Positions 43,496 to 53,301 of a DNA stretch of 64,000 nucleotides are shown piece after piece; within the stretch, counting starts at the first letter, position 1; each line of letters opens with the position of its first letter. The stretch spans positions 209,526-273,525 of the forward strand of contig CAWEXN010000007.1 in assembly GCA_963813015.1 (NCBI GenBank). Direction: 5' to 3'. The notes under the pieces are model-generated. The model was not told the origin of the DNA. It worked only from the letters and a program-made list of their open reading frames with translations, and searched no databases. The position numbers and the translations under genes were made by a program. This stretch comes from an uncultured Acidobacteriaceae bacterium. Lineage in GTDB: Bacteria; Acidobacteriota; Terriglobia; Terriglobales; Acidobacteriaceae.

Positions 43496-44037
43496 TAGCT
43501 CTTCGCAATCTCCAGTGCCGACGTGATCATGCCCTTTTCGGCCTGCACAGCCGAGCCATTGAGGCCATATGCACGCGTCGCCCCCATCAGGTCCACCATT
43601 TCTGTAAGAGGATTAATGTCGGGATACGCCACGTAGCCGTCCGGTCCGGCGTCGGGATGGCCCGGATCGTAGCGCTTGAGCGGCGGCGATGGATCCTCGA
43701 CCACCTGGGAGATGTGTACGCCCGGCGCTGAATTTGGCGCTCCAGGCAGAGGAAGCAGTGGAGGCAGGGCTGGCAGGACTTCTCCGGCGCCGATGGGGCC
43801 CGCGCCTAAATCCGTCTTCGTCGCGCTCATTGAAGTGTTGATCGAATCGTTCATGGAATCGAGGAAGTTCGCATCGCCTTCATTGGCCGCGAAGACAACC
43901 TCTTGCCGGCGGTACGGGCCGCCCTGAGCGGTCCGCGTCGTCTCCGCGTTGGCCATGTTAGCCGCCACCACCTCGGCGCGCATCCGCTCGGCCTCCATCG
44001 CCGAGCCCGAAGTTTCCATCATTCCGAACAGATTCAT
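43495..44037 (-). CDS. flgC: Flagellar basal-body rod protein
   Basis: ANMANAETTRT..GGPYRRQ, YDPGHPDA..DGYVAYPDIN, ATRAY. Confidence 0.95.
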   Translation of the reverse strand: MNLFGMMETSGSAMEAERMRAEVVAANMANAETTRTAQGGPYRRQEVVFAANEGDANFLDSMNDSINTSMSATKTDLGAGPIGAGEVLPALPPLLPLPGAPNSAPGVHISQVVEDPSPPLKRYDPGHPDAGPDGYVAYPDINPLTEMVDLMGATRAYGLNGSAVQAEKGMITSALEIAKS

Positions 44038-44076
44038 GGTTACGCCTCCCTCGCCACACATGCTCCGTGGTTCGTG

Positions 44077-44118
44077 CTCACGGATCACGATTCACGGTTC
44101 ACGAAACCCGCATCACGA
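44077..44118 (-). repeat. TCACG-type heptamer array at flgB stop
   Basis: Plus strand CTCACGG ATCACGA TTCACGG TTCACGA AACCCGC ATCACGA. Confidence 0.75.
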
Positions 44119-44481
44119 TTTATCCGCGTGGATCGCGTCCAACACGCGCTGATACTCCTGGCGCAGGAGCGCCACGCCGGTTTTGAACTTCAGTTGCGCC
44201 TCGGCTAACTGCAAACTCTCGCGATCGATGGAAACATTGTTCCCGTCAGGACGCGCAATCAGCCCATCCACTTCGGTCACGCGCGCTTTGCGCGCCGCGT
44301 GACCACTTTTCACGTCGTCCATGGCCCCGCGCATCTCGGCTTCAAAATCCATGCCCACGGTGCGGTAGCCCGGTGTGTCCACGTTGGCCATATTGGCCGC
44401 GGTCAACTTGGCCTCGGCGGCCGACAGATCGAGATAGCGCGCGATCTGGTCGCTCAGTTGCGTTTCAATCTGCATGCCCAT
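44113..44481 (-). CDS. flgB: Flagellar basal-body rod protein
   Basis: ANMANVDTPGY, RPDGNNVSID; GAGGAG RBS. Confidence 0.95.
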   Translation of the reverse strand: MGMQIETQLSDQIARYLDLSAAEAKLTAANMANVDTPGYRTVGMDFEAEMRGAMDDVKSGHAARKARVTEVDGLIARPDGNNVSIDRESLQLAEAQLKFKTGVALLRQEYQRVLDAIHADKS

Positions 44482-44557
44482 CCGATCCTCCTCTCGCGTT
44501 GCCGCGCCAGCCTTCGCATTGCCGAGGCTCCTTGTCCCCAAATCACTCTGCCGGACG

Positions 44558-45934
44558 TCAGTTCACCGACAAGCCGAAGTCGATCTCGCGCGTCGTCAGC
44601 ACCGGGCTGTCTCCGGCAAGAATCACGCCGCGCTCCAACACATGTTCCAGCTCGCGCACATTACCCGGCCAGTCGTGCGAGGCCAGTTTCGCCATGGCTC
44701 CTTGGTCCACGCGTTTCCGTGGCGTGTCGCGGCCCAGCTTCTCCAGGAAGTGTTCGACCAGCGGCGGCAGATCCCGTGCATGCTCGCATAGTGCCGGGGT
44801 GCGGATCAGGAAAACGGCCAGCCGGTAATAAAGATCGGAACGGAATCCGCCCAATTGCGCCTGCGAGGCCAGCGGCCGGTGCGTGGCGGCGATGATGCGC
44901 ACGTCCACCCGAAGCGTTTCATTGTCGCCCACACGCTGCAGCTCGCCGCACTCCACAAAGCGCAGCAGCTTCGACTGCAGTCCCAGCGGCATCTCGCCAA
45001 TTTCATCGAGAAACAGCGTGCCCCCGTCAGCCGCCTCGATGCGCCCGGTGCGGCCCTGCACGGCGCCGGTAAATGCGCCGCGCGTGTGCCCAAACAATTC
45101 GGCCTCAAGCAGCGATTCGGGAATGGCCGCGCAATTGATGGCCACGAACGGTTTGCGGCTGCGTGAGGACAGCCGATGCAGCGCCTCGGCAACCAGCTCT
45201 TTTCCCGAACCCGTGGGGCCCTCGATCAGTACCGGCGTCAACCGCGGAGCCACTAATCGGACACGCCGGCTGATCTCGATCATGCAGGGAGCGTTGCCAA
45301 TCAGCTCCGGCAGCTGCTCGGCGGAGCCTGGCTCGACCGCGGCAGCGGGCCGGATAGAAACTGTCTTCAGCGCCCCGGCAGCCGCGCTCGCTGCGCACGC
45401 CACCATCCGCCGCCTACCCCCAGAAGGATCCGTAGCGTTCGATTCCGACGTCGGTCCCGGTTTGGACAACTGCACCTTCGGCAATTCGAGTTTTGGCATT
45501 TCCGGTTCCGGCAACTCCAGCACAGCGGACGCGGCCCTTGCGCTCGCCGCGTTCCACGCCGCTCCGTCGCCTTCCTGGCTGCTGCGCAACGCATAGAGCA
45601 ATTCCTGCCGGTAGGGCCCGCGTGGACTCTGGTCGGCGGTCGATGTTCCTACTGTCACCACGTCGACTCCCGGAAAACCTCCCTTGAAGTCGGTCAGGAA
45701 TTCATTGAGATCCAGATCCGGCAGCCACGAGTCGACGATGAGCGCCTCGGGATGCGCCGATTCGGCTTCCGACCACGCTTGGGCTCCGCCTTCGGCCTCG
45801 CGCACCTGCCAGCGCAATCCGGTGAGCACCTGCGAGAGCCGTTGGCGAAAGCTGCGGTCGGCGCTCGCGACCAGCGCGGTACGGGTGCGGATGCGCGGAT
45901 GCGTAGGAAGAACGGGAACTGAGAAAGGCTGCAT
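44558..45934 (-). CDS. Sigma54-dependent activator (receiver-like + AAA+, no C-terminal HTH)
   Basis: GPTGSGKE, INCAAIP..LLEAELFG, GAFTGA, LFLDEIGE, FRSDLYYRL, WPGNVREL, then stop. Confidence 0.9.
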   Translation of the reverse strand: MQPFSVPVLPTHPRIRTRTALVASADRSFRQRLSQVLTGLRWQVREAEGGAQAWSEAESAHPEALIVDSWLPDLDLNEFLTDFKGGFPGVDVVTVGTSTADQSPRGPYRQELLYALRSSQEGDGAAWNAASARAASAVLELPEPEMPKLELPKVQLSKPGPTSESNATDPSGGRRRMVACAASAAAGALKTVSIRPAAAVEPGSAEQLPELIGNAPCMIEISRRVRLVAPRLTPVLIEGPTGSGKELVAEALHRLSSRSRKPFVAINCAAIPESLLEAELFGHTRGAFTGAVQGRTGRIEAADGGTLFLDEIGEMPLGLQSKLLRFVECGELQRVGDNETLRVDVRIIAATHRPLASQAQLGGFRSDLYYRLAVFLIRTPALCEHARDLPPLVEHFLEKLGRDTPRKRVDQGAMAKLASHDWPGNVRELEHVLERGVILAGDSPVLTTREIDFGLSVN

Positions 45935-46024
45935 GAATGGGCTCCTTTGAGCTTTCGAAATCGACCCATGAGTGAATCGGCCGTCGGCAAATAAGCGGGC
46001 CGGCCCATAAAACGCCCGGCACCG

Positions 46025-46795
46025 CTAGTGCGCCGCGGCCGCCGGTGGAGTTACCGAAATTTCGGCCGGCGGAGCCTCGCTGGCCGCCACATGCAGGCCG
46101 CCGGCGGGGGCCGGAGTCGCCAGCTCCGCTTCCGGCGGGACCATGTAGCCGCGCCCACGCACGGTCCGGATCAGGTGGCCCGGCGGCGGATCTTCCAGCT
46201 TCCGTCGCAGGTAGTTCACATACACGTCGACAATGTTGGTCGTCTGGGCCGGTTCCAGATTCCACACCGAGTCCAGCATCTCCACGCGCGTGACGCACTC
46301 GCCGCGGTTGAGCATCAGGTGCTCCAGCAGCGCGAACTCCTTGTTGGTCAGGACGATCAGGCGTCCGCCGCGCCGCGCCGTGTGCTCCAGCCGGTCCAAT
46401 TCCAGATCGCCCGCGCGCAGTTGCAGACGCGTCTCCCGTTTTCGACGCAGCAGCGCCCGGCAGCGCGCGCGCAGCTCATGCAGGCTGAAAGGCTTGGTCA
46501 TCAGATCGTCGGCGCCGCGGTCGAGGCAGCGCACGCGCGTGTCCACCTCCTGGCGCGCGGTCAGCACCAGCACCGGCAGATCGGCATCGAGCAATCGCAC
46601 CTCTTCGAGCACCTGCTCGCCGTCCTTCACCGGCATGTTCAGGTCGAGAATGGTCAGATCCGGCAACTCCTGCCTGAAGGCCTCCACCGCCGCGCCGCCA
46701 TCGCAGGCCAGATGGACGCGGTGCCCGTCCGCCTCCAGGCCGCGGCTCAGAAACTGCCCCAGCGCTTTGTCGTCTTCGGCAATGAGTAATCTCAT
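46025..46795 (-). CDS. OmpR/PhoB-family response regulator
   Basis: LIAEDD, ILDLNMP, LTA, GADDLMTKPF; winged helix LTNKEF..L..VDVYVNYLRRK..IRTVRGRGY. Confidence 0.93.
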   Translation of the reverse strand: MRLLIAEDDKALGQFLSRGLEADGHRVHLACDGGAAVEAFRQELPDLTILDLNMPVKDGEQVLEEVRLLDADLPVLVLTARQEVDTRVRCLDRGADDLMTKPFSLHELRARCRALLRRKRETRLQLRAGDLELDRLEHTARRGGRLIVLTNKEFALLEHLMLNRGECVTRVEMLDSVWNLEPAQTTNIVDVYVNYLRRKLEDPPPGHLIRTVRGRGYMVPPEAELATPAPAGGLHVAASEAPPAEISVTPPAAAAH

Positions 46796-47105
46796 GAGAT
46801 CCTTTCCATCACTCCGCACCCTGCATTCATTCCGCCGTCCTTTCCGGGAGGCGCTCTCTCTCGTAGAGTCGCGGCGAGCAGGGACTACCTCTCCACCTTC
46901 CCGCGTGGGGAAAAGGAACTCAAGGAAGAATCGGTGAGAAAGAGAGAGTCGAAACCAGAATTGCGTTTGCTGGAATTGTGAGTCCTTTAATGGGCGCGTA
47001 GACATTGGCCTGTGATGGCAGACACAGAAATGCAGCTAGACACGTCAAACGCCGACGATCGTCGCGCTGGCAAGACTCCGGTCCCGGCCCCGAAAGCAGG
47101 ATGAA

Positions 47106-48164
47106 TCAAGCCACTTTCGCCCGTCCCACCGCCTTTTCCTCGTACATCGCGGCGTCGGCCCGAGCCAGCAGTGCCTTCATGTCCTCACCAGCCTCGCGCT
47201 CCGCCAAACCGATTGACGCATCCACCCGCAGCTTTACCTCGCCCGCCTTGCCGAGCACCGTGTAGCTGCCGCAGACCCATTTGCGCAGCCGCACCACCTG
47301 TGCTTCCGCCTCCGCAAGCGCACAATCGAACAAGAGGATGAACTCGTCCCCGCCCCAGCGCCCAATCACGTCCGTCGCGCGGCAAGCCGACCGCAGCTCC
47401 GTGCTGAACTGCTTCAGCAAATCGTCCCCCGTCACGTGCCCGTGATCGTCGTTCACCTTCTTGAAGCGATCGATGTCGACAATCGCAACGCAAAACGGTG
47501 CCCGGGCCCCCATGCGCTTGTCCAACTGGCCTTCGACATAAAGCCGGCTGCTCAACCCCGTGAGCGCGTCACGCGAAGCAATCTCCTCCGCCTCCTCCAG
47601 CTTGGTTTGATACGTCGCCACCTGCTCCTTCAAGTGATCAAGAACCGCCTTGCCTTCGGCCGTCATGCGATCGATTGACGACTTCAACTCGCTCGCGCTC
47701 TTCTCAATCGACGTGCGAATCTCGGTCAGGTCGTCCAGGCTGGCGATGGCCTTCAGCCGTTCCGTCACCTCGCTCATCCGGCCCGCGCATCGCTGGTCGC
47801 GCGCGCCCACTGACTCGGCGGTCCGCGCCATCATCAGCAGCATTTCTTTTACTTCGCAGGCCTTTTGCTGGAAGTGCTTTGCCGTCCCGTGGCCCCATCC
47901 GCGGATCTGCTCGCGTGCTCCCGAATCGGTTGTCGCGAGGGCCGCGGGACTCATGTGCGCCGAAAGCCCCGCCTTAAGCTCGCTGAGATTCCGCTTCAGC
48001 TCATCACCCATTCCCGGGCAGGCTTCCAGGCTCGAGTTGCCCATCTCCATCAATGCGGAGCCGTACGCGTCAACCACTGCTGGGAGCAGATCGCCTTTTG
48101 CGCGCTCTTCGGGTGCGCTCGAATTGACTTGCTGCGAGTCAAGATACTTCTTCAGCGAAATCAT
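47106..48164 (-). CDS. Cytoplasmic diguanylate cyclase (coiled coil + GGDEF)
   Basis: DALTGL, DIDRFKKVNDDHGHVTGD, RATD I-site, RWGGDEF; GAGG RBS before ATG 48164. Confidence 0.92.
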   Translation of the reverse strand: MISLKKYLDSQQVNSSAPEERAKGDLLPAVVDAYGSALMEMGNSSLEACPGMGDELKRNLSELKAGLSAHMSPAALATTDSGAREQIRGWGHGTAKHFQQKACEVKEMLLMMARTAESVGARDQRCAGRMSEVTERLKAIASLDDLTEIRTSIEKSASELKSSIDRMTAEGKAVLDHLKEQVATYQTKLEEAEEIASRDALTGLSSRLYVEGQLDKRMGARAPFCVAIVDIDRFKKVNDDHGHVTGDDLLKQFSTELRSACRATDVIGRWGGDEFILLFDCALAEAEAQVVRLRKWVCGSYTVLGKAGEVKLRVDASIGLAEREAGEDMKALLARADAAMYEEKAVGRAKVA

Positions 48165-48224
48165 GGCAGCCTCTAGGTGCGATCGCGGTCGCGCCAACAT
48201 TGCGCGTACACCGCGCATCGAACT

Positions 48225-48252
48225 TTATCGGCAGCCTTTTCCATTTTGTTTA
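48225..48252 (-). promoter_or_regulatory. Sigma28 (FliA)-type promoter for the diguanylate cyclase
   Basis: TAAA-N16-GCCGATAA (perfect -10; spacer one longer than consensus). Confidence 0.65.
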
Positions 48253-48594
48253 GTTTGCGAGCGCTTCGGTCAAAAGCGCAGATCGGACGGCGATTTTGAA
48301 TCTCCTGCGCCGAAACTTTGCGCTCGTCTAGTCTGAGAAAGCCGGAGAATTTCCACAGCTTGCCCTTGTTGCTCGCGCCAAATCCGCACCCCATTTAGGG
48401 CTATTTCCGCCTCTTTTATGAAGAATTAACTCATTGAATAAATTCAGAGTCAGATGGTAAGGTTACCAAAGTGTATGCTAATGCCTAAAGAGTCCTACAA
48501 AAGCGCTATCGCCGTTTCTTAAAAAATCGCCGATTCTGTCATCAATAGACATTAAACAAAGCGCGGCGCAACGCACGCGCATGAACGGAGTGCC

Positions 48595-49940
48595 TTGGTT
48601 GACTGGAGCAAACTTCCCGATTTAGGAGCCGTCGCGCTCCTTACCTTGGCTTTTGCTTCGGTCGCGCGTCACGCGCGAGCAACTGTTTCGGCCATCTGGC
48701 TTACTGGCTGGTTCCTGATCGCAATTCATTTCGCCGCCTTCATGTTTCTGGGCGCTCCAGGACACTGGGCCGATCTCGCGTCGTTTATCGGCCTTGCCTC
48801 TCTTGCTTGTGCAGGTGTTCTGTTTATGTGGGCCGCAGTGCCGCATCGCGGCAGAGCAACGTTCGAGCCGTTGGATGCTCGTTGTTCTGCTAACCATCTA
48901 CACACTCTATTTCGGTCTTCTCGTCATCGACCCCATCGCATCCTGGGCTTTGAGCGCCCGCGGCCCTGCTCATCGGCGTCTTGCCGCTTAGTATTCTGAT
49001 TGTCGCTTTCCGCCAGTTCCGGCATCCGCTGCGCTGGGCCCTCGTCGTCCTGAACGTATGCCTTTCCATTTTTCTGCTGGCCGTTCAGTATCGACCTGAC
49101 ATCGGCACAACGCTTGCCTTCGAGTCGGTGCTCTTCACCATCTACCTCGGCTGCGCCATCCATTTCTGGTATACCTACCGGCGCGCAACGGCTGGAGCCT
49201 TCATCACCATCGCAGGCTTCTTCGCCTGGGCCGGCGTCTTCGTTGCCGGACCCTGCATCATGCTTTTCTTTCCCAATCTTCACCTCGAGAATGAAGTGTG
49301 GAACCTGCCCAAGTACGTTGTAGCCGTGGGCATGATCATGCTTCTGCTTGAGGATCAGCTCGAGCACAACAAGTATCTTGCTCTGCATGACGAACTCACC
49401 GGCCTGCCCAACCGGCGCCTCTTTCAGGATCGCCTCGATAGCGCCATTGAGCGCGCCCGCCGCACCGGCTCGCACGTGGCCTTGCTTCTCATCGACCTGG
49501 ACAACTTCAAGCTGGTAAACGACACCGCGGGCCATCACGCCGGCGACGAGCTCCTGAAGCACGTCGGCAACCTCTTCACGGGGCGAGTGCGCCGCTCAGA
49601 CACCGTCGCCCGCACTGGGGGCGATGAGTTCTCCGTCATCCTCGAGGAGCCTATGACGCGCGCCGATGCCGCGCGCGTCGGCAAGACTCTCGCCAAGCTT
49701 CTTGACGATCCGGTAACCTTTGGCGGCAAGGAGCTGCGCGTTGGCGCCAGCGTCGGCCTCGCTGTCTTTCCCGACGACGCCGCCGATTCCGAAGCCCTGC
49801 GCATTGCGGCAGACCTTCGCATGTACGCCGGCAAGACCGCGGCCAAAGAGAACGGTGCGGATGTGACACTCCAGCCGCCTCAGCGTAAAGGCCCCGGAAG
49901 CATTAAGCCGGAGCCCGGCCTGCAAACCGCAGCTGAATAA
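48595..49940 (+). CDS. Membrane-bound diguanylate cyclase (two +1 frameshifts near 48850 and 48958)
   Basis: Multi-TM N-terminus over three frames; HDELTGLPNRR, DLDNFKLVND, RRSD I-site, RTGGDEF. Confidence 0.85.
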
Positions 49941-49991
49941 TCCGCCGCCCGCCCCCCGCGCTCGAAGCTTCTGCAACAAACATCGTCAAAC

Positions 49992-50030
49992 GCAAAAAGA
50001 CCCGGACATCAAGTCCGGGTCTTCTTTTGC
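49992..50030. terminator. Bidirectional intrinsic terminator between convergent DGC and pnp
   Basis: AAGACCCGGAC-ATCAA-GTCCGGGTCTT flanked by A and T runs. Confidence 0.85.
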
Positions 50031-50050
50031 TTATTGAAGCGGAGTGTCGC

Positions 50051-52504
50051 TCATCCCTGTCCGCCGCCCGGTCTCCGTCCCCCGCGACGACGCCGGCGCC
50101 GATTGTTGTTGGCGCCTGGGCCTCCGGGCCTGCTTCCGCCCGCGAACGGCGGACCTCCGGCATGAACAACCGGAGCTCCATCTACGCGGTTGAAGTTTGG
50201 CTCGTTCGTCTCGTCGATTTCCACTCCGCCATCCTCATCGAAGTCGTCTCCGCCCTCGATCAGAATCGTGCTCTGGTTTGAGCTCGGTTGGCGCTCGTCA
50301 AACTCATTGCGCGGTGCGGAGATTCTCGGGCTCGGAGTCGGCGGCGCCGAATACGGCGGCGCATACTCCCCCTCTTCAGCCTGTGCCGGAGCCGATTGCC
50401 CAAGCTTTGCCTTTTGCTCCTTGATGAGCGCCTTGCGGCTCAGCTTGATGCGGTTGCCTTCGATGGCCAGCACCTTCACCATCACCTGGTCGCCCTCGCG
50501 CAACTCGTCCTTCACTTCCTTCACGCGATGCTCAGCGATCTCGGAGATGTGCAGCAGTCCGTCGGTGCCCGGGAACAGCTCGACAAACGCGCCAAACTCG
50601 GCCAGCCGCACCACCTTGCCAAGGTAGGTCTTGCCCACCTCGGGTACAGCGGTCAGGTTGCCGATGATGGCGAGCGCCTTCTGCAGGCCCTCGGCGTCGC
50701 TCGACGCCACGCTCACCTTGCCCGTGTCGTCAACGTCGATTTTCGCGCCCGTCTGTTCCACGATGCTGCGAATCGTCGCACCGCCCTTGCCGATCAGGTC
50801 GCGAATCTTGTCCGTCGGAATCATCACGGTCTCAATGCGCGGCGCGTACTTCGAGCGTTCCACGCGCGGCCCATCCAGCACCGCATCCATCTTGTCCAGA
50901 AGGAAGAGCCGTCCGCGGCGCGCCTGCTCCATCGCCTGCTGAAGGATCTCGCGCGTCAGGCCGCCGATCTTGATGTCCATCTGCAGCGCGGTAATTCCCT
51001 TGCGCGTTCCGGCCACCTTGAAATCCATGTCGCCGTAGTGGTCTTCCGCTCCGGCAATATCGGTCAGGATGGCGTAGTCGTCGCCCTCCTTCACCAGGCC
51101 CATCGCTACCCCGGCAACCGCGCCTTTCAGCGCAATGCCTGAATCGAACAGCGCCAGGCTGGCTCCGCACACCGAAGCCATCGACGACGATCCATTCGAC
51201 TCCAGAATGTCGCTCACGATGCGAATCGAATACGGCGACTCATCGGCGCTCGGCAAAACCGCGCTGATGGCCCGCTCCGCCAAGGCTCCGTGGCCCACTT
51301 CGCGACGGCCCACGCCGGTCATACGCCCTGTTTCACCAACACTGAATGGCGGAAAGTTATAGTGCAGCATGAAGTTCTTCCGCTGCTCGCCCTCGTAGCT
51401 CTCCAGCCTCTGCCCGTCGTCGGCCGTGCCCAGTGTCGCTGTCACCAGCGCCTGCGTCTCGCCACGCGTAAACAGCGCCGACCCGTGCGTCCTTGGTAGC
51501 ACGCCGGTCTCGATCGTGATCGGCCGGATCTCGTCGAATGCGCGCCGGTCGGGCCGGATGCGCTCCTTCGTCACCTGCTCGCGGAAGATCCGCTCGCGCA
51601 GAGTTTCGTAATAATGCGCCAGCTTCTTTTTCCCGTCCGCGTCGTCGGCAGCCAGCCCCGAGGCCAGCTCCTTCTTGATCTCATCGACCAGCGCATAGCT
51701 CTCGATCTTGCTATGCGTTTTGGTGTCAAGCGCATCCTTGAGCCGGTCGCCGACCTTCGCCTTCAGCTCAGCGTAATACGCCTCGTCGAACTCCGGCGCG
51801 GTAAACGCCCGCTTCGGCTTGCCCGCTTTCGATACCAGCTCGTCAATGGCGGCGACAATCTTCTTGATCTCTTCGTGCGCAAACTCGATGGCCGCGAGGA
51901 TCACCTCCTCGGTCTCTTCCTTAGCGCCGGATTCGATCATCACGATGCCGTCTTTGTGGCCGACGACCATGATATTTACCGTCGTTCCTGCGCGCTCGGC
52001 GTATGTGGGATTGACCACGAACTCGCCGTTCACGCGTCCCACGCGCACGGCGCCCACTGTCGCGCCAAAGGGAATATCAGACAGAGCCACCGCAGCTGCT
52101 GCTCCGTTGATCGCGATCACGTCGGGATCGTTCTCCTTGTCCGCGGAGAGCACCAGCGCGATCAGCTGCGTTTCATTGCGAAATCCATCAGGGAATAGCG
52201 GGCGTAGCGGCCGATCGATCTGACGGCAAGTCAGCACCTCTTTTTCGCTGGGGCGGCCTTCGCGCTTGATGAATCCGCCGGGGATGCGTCCTCCGGCGTA
52301 TGTGTACTCGCGGTAGTCCACCGTGAGCGGAAAGAAGTCGATCCCTTCCCTGGGATTGGGAGAAGCCACTGCAGTGGCCAGAACTACCGTTTCGCCTGTC
52401 GTCACCAGTGCGGCGCCGGAGGCTTGCTTGGCCATGCGGCCGGTCTCAAAGACCAATCGCTTGCCGCCGGTTAGCTCGACAGCTACATCGTGTTTCGTAG
52501 ACAT
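50051..52504 (-). CDS. pnp: Polyribonucleotide nucleotidyltransferase (PNPase)
   Basis: FFPLTVDYRE, GRIPGGFIKREGRP, HGSALFTRGETQ, SNGSSSMAS, GDMDFKVAGT, KH and S1 domains; GAGGA RBS before ATG 52504. Confidence 0.97.
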   Translation of the reverse strand: MSTKHDVAVELTGGKRLVFETGRMAKQASGAALVTTGETVVLATAVASPNPREGIDFFPLTVDYREYTYAGGRIPGGFIKREGRPSEKEVLTCRQIDRPLRPLFPDGFRNETQLIALVLSADKENDPDVIAINGAAAAVALSDIPFGATVGAVRVGRVNGEFVVNPTYAERAGTTVNIMVVGHKDGIVMIESGAKEETEEVILAAIEFAHEEIKKIVAAIDELVSKAGKPKRAFTAPEFDEAYYAELKAKVGDRLKDALDTKTHSKIESYALVDEIKKELASGLAADDADGKKKLAHYYETLRERIFREQVTKERIRPDRRAFDEIRPITIETGVLPRTHGSALFTRGETQALVTATLGTADDGQRLESYEGEQRKNFMLHYNFPPFSVGETGRMTGVGRREVGHGALAERAISAVLPSADESPYSIRIVSDILESNGSSSMASVCGASLALFDSGIALKGAVAGVAMGLVKEGDDYAILTDIAGAEDHYGDMDFKVAGTRKGITALQMDIKIGGLTREILQQAMEQARRGRLFLLDKMDAVLDGPRVERSKYAPRIETVMIPTDKIRDLIGKGGATIRSIVEQTGAKIDVDDTGKVSVASSDAEGLQKALAIIGNLTAVPEVGKTYLGKVVRLAEFGAFVELFPGTDGLLHISEIAEHRVKEVKDELREGDQVMVKVLAIEGNRIKLSRKALIKEQKAKLGQSAPAQAEEGEYAPPYSAPPTPSPRISAPRNEFDERQPSSNQSTILIEGGDDFDEDGGVEIDETNEPNFNRVDGAPVVHAGGPPFAGGSRPGGPGANNNRRRRRRGGRRPGGGQG

Positions 52505-52579
52505 ATTGTCCTCGTTTCGTTTTGTTCGCTTGAGAAACTTGTGGGGGGAATGCGCGACCCTGCGCGCAACACACAACTC

Positions 52580-52658
52580 GGCGCAAGCTCTGGCGTCCCT
52601 TTCAGGCCGCCCGGCGCGCCGTGGTCAGGTGTTCCATGTTGTATGGGGACCGTGACCA
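52580..52658 (-). promoter_or_regulatory. Two hairpins in the rpsO-pnp leader
   Basis: TGGTCA/TGACCA long stem (52622-52658) and GGCGC/GCGCC stem (52580-52620). Confidence 0.45.
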
Positions 52659-52703
52659 GTGTCCGGTCTGAATACTTCCGGTTCAATGTCGGCTTTCTTC
52701 TTG

Positions 52704-52970
52704 TTACTTCCGGATCCCGAGTTTGCCAATTACGTCGCGATAGCGGTCCGTATCGTGCGTCTTCAGGTAATCCAGCAGGCGGCGTCGCTTGCTCACCAGC
52801 ATCAACAATCCACGGCGGGATGCGTGATCCTTTTTGTGGGTCTTGAAATGCTCGGTAAGGTCGTTGATCCGCTCACTCAGAATCGCGATCTGGACTTCCG
52901 GCGATCCGGTGTCCGTTTCGTGGGTTCGGAAGCGTTTGATCAGGTCGGTCTTTTTTTCAATCGCCAGCAC
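52704..52970 (-). CDS. rpsO: 30S ribosomal protein S15
   Basis: [40 protein letters not shown]. Confidence 0.98.
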   Translation of the reverse strand: MLAIEKKTDLIKRFRTHETDTGSPEVQIAILSERINDLTEHFKTHKKDHASRRGLLMLVSKRRRLLDYLKTHDTDRYRDVIGKLGIRK

Positions 52971-53068
52971 GGCGTCAGTTACTCCTCATTCTTCTCGTGT
53001 CCACTCTTCAGTGTCTACTGAAAGATTAACATGAACTCCCTCAACCACAAAGCCTGCGACAAAGGCCT

Positions 53069-53126
53069 GAAGCGCCGGCGTCCTCGCCCGCACCCGCGCA
53101 CGTTTTGAAAGGGCAGGGCTTAAGCC
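53069..53126 (+). repeat. Composite degenerate REP remnants upstream of rpsO
   Basis: GAAGCGCCGGCGTCCTCGCCCGC (like 11038) followed by GTTTTGAAAGGGCAGGGCTTAAGCC (like the RAYT REP end). Confidence 0.5.
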
Positions 53127-53301
53127 TTTGGGGGACTTCCTTCGCAAAATGTGCCGCGACCGGACGCTTCATTGGCCGCCCCCTCATCCTATATAGTGTT
53201 TCTCTCGCGCGGGGTGACCGATTTCCCCGATCAAACGGAGCGTGTTCAGCAAGACCACCGCTCAATCCCACAAGCAGTACAACAGCTGAAAGGAGAAGAA
53301 C

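Noticed and set aside
48310-48380. c-di-GMP-I riboswitch (AGGGCAA...GGAAA...GCGCAAAG on the minus strand)
   Set aside because: The stem around the GAAA loop does not pair, and the site lies upstream of the sigma28 promoter.
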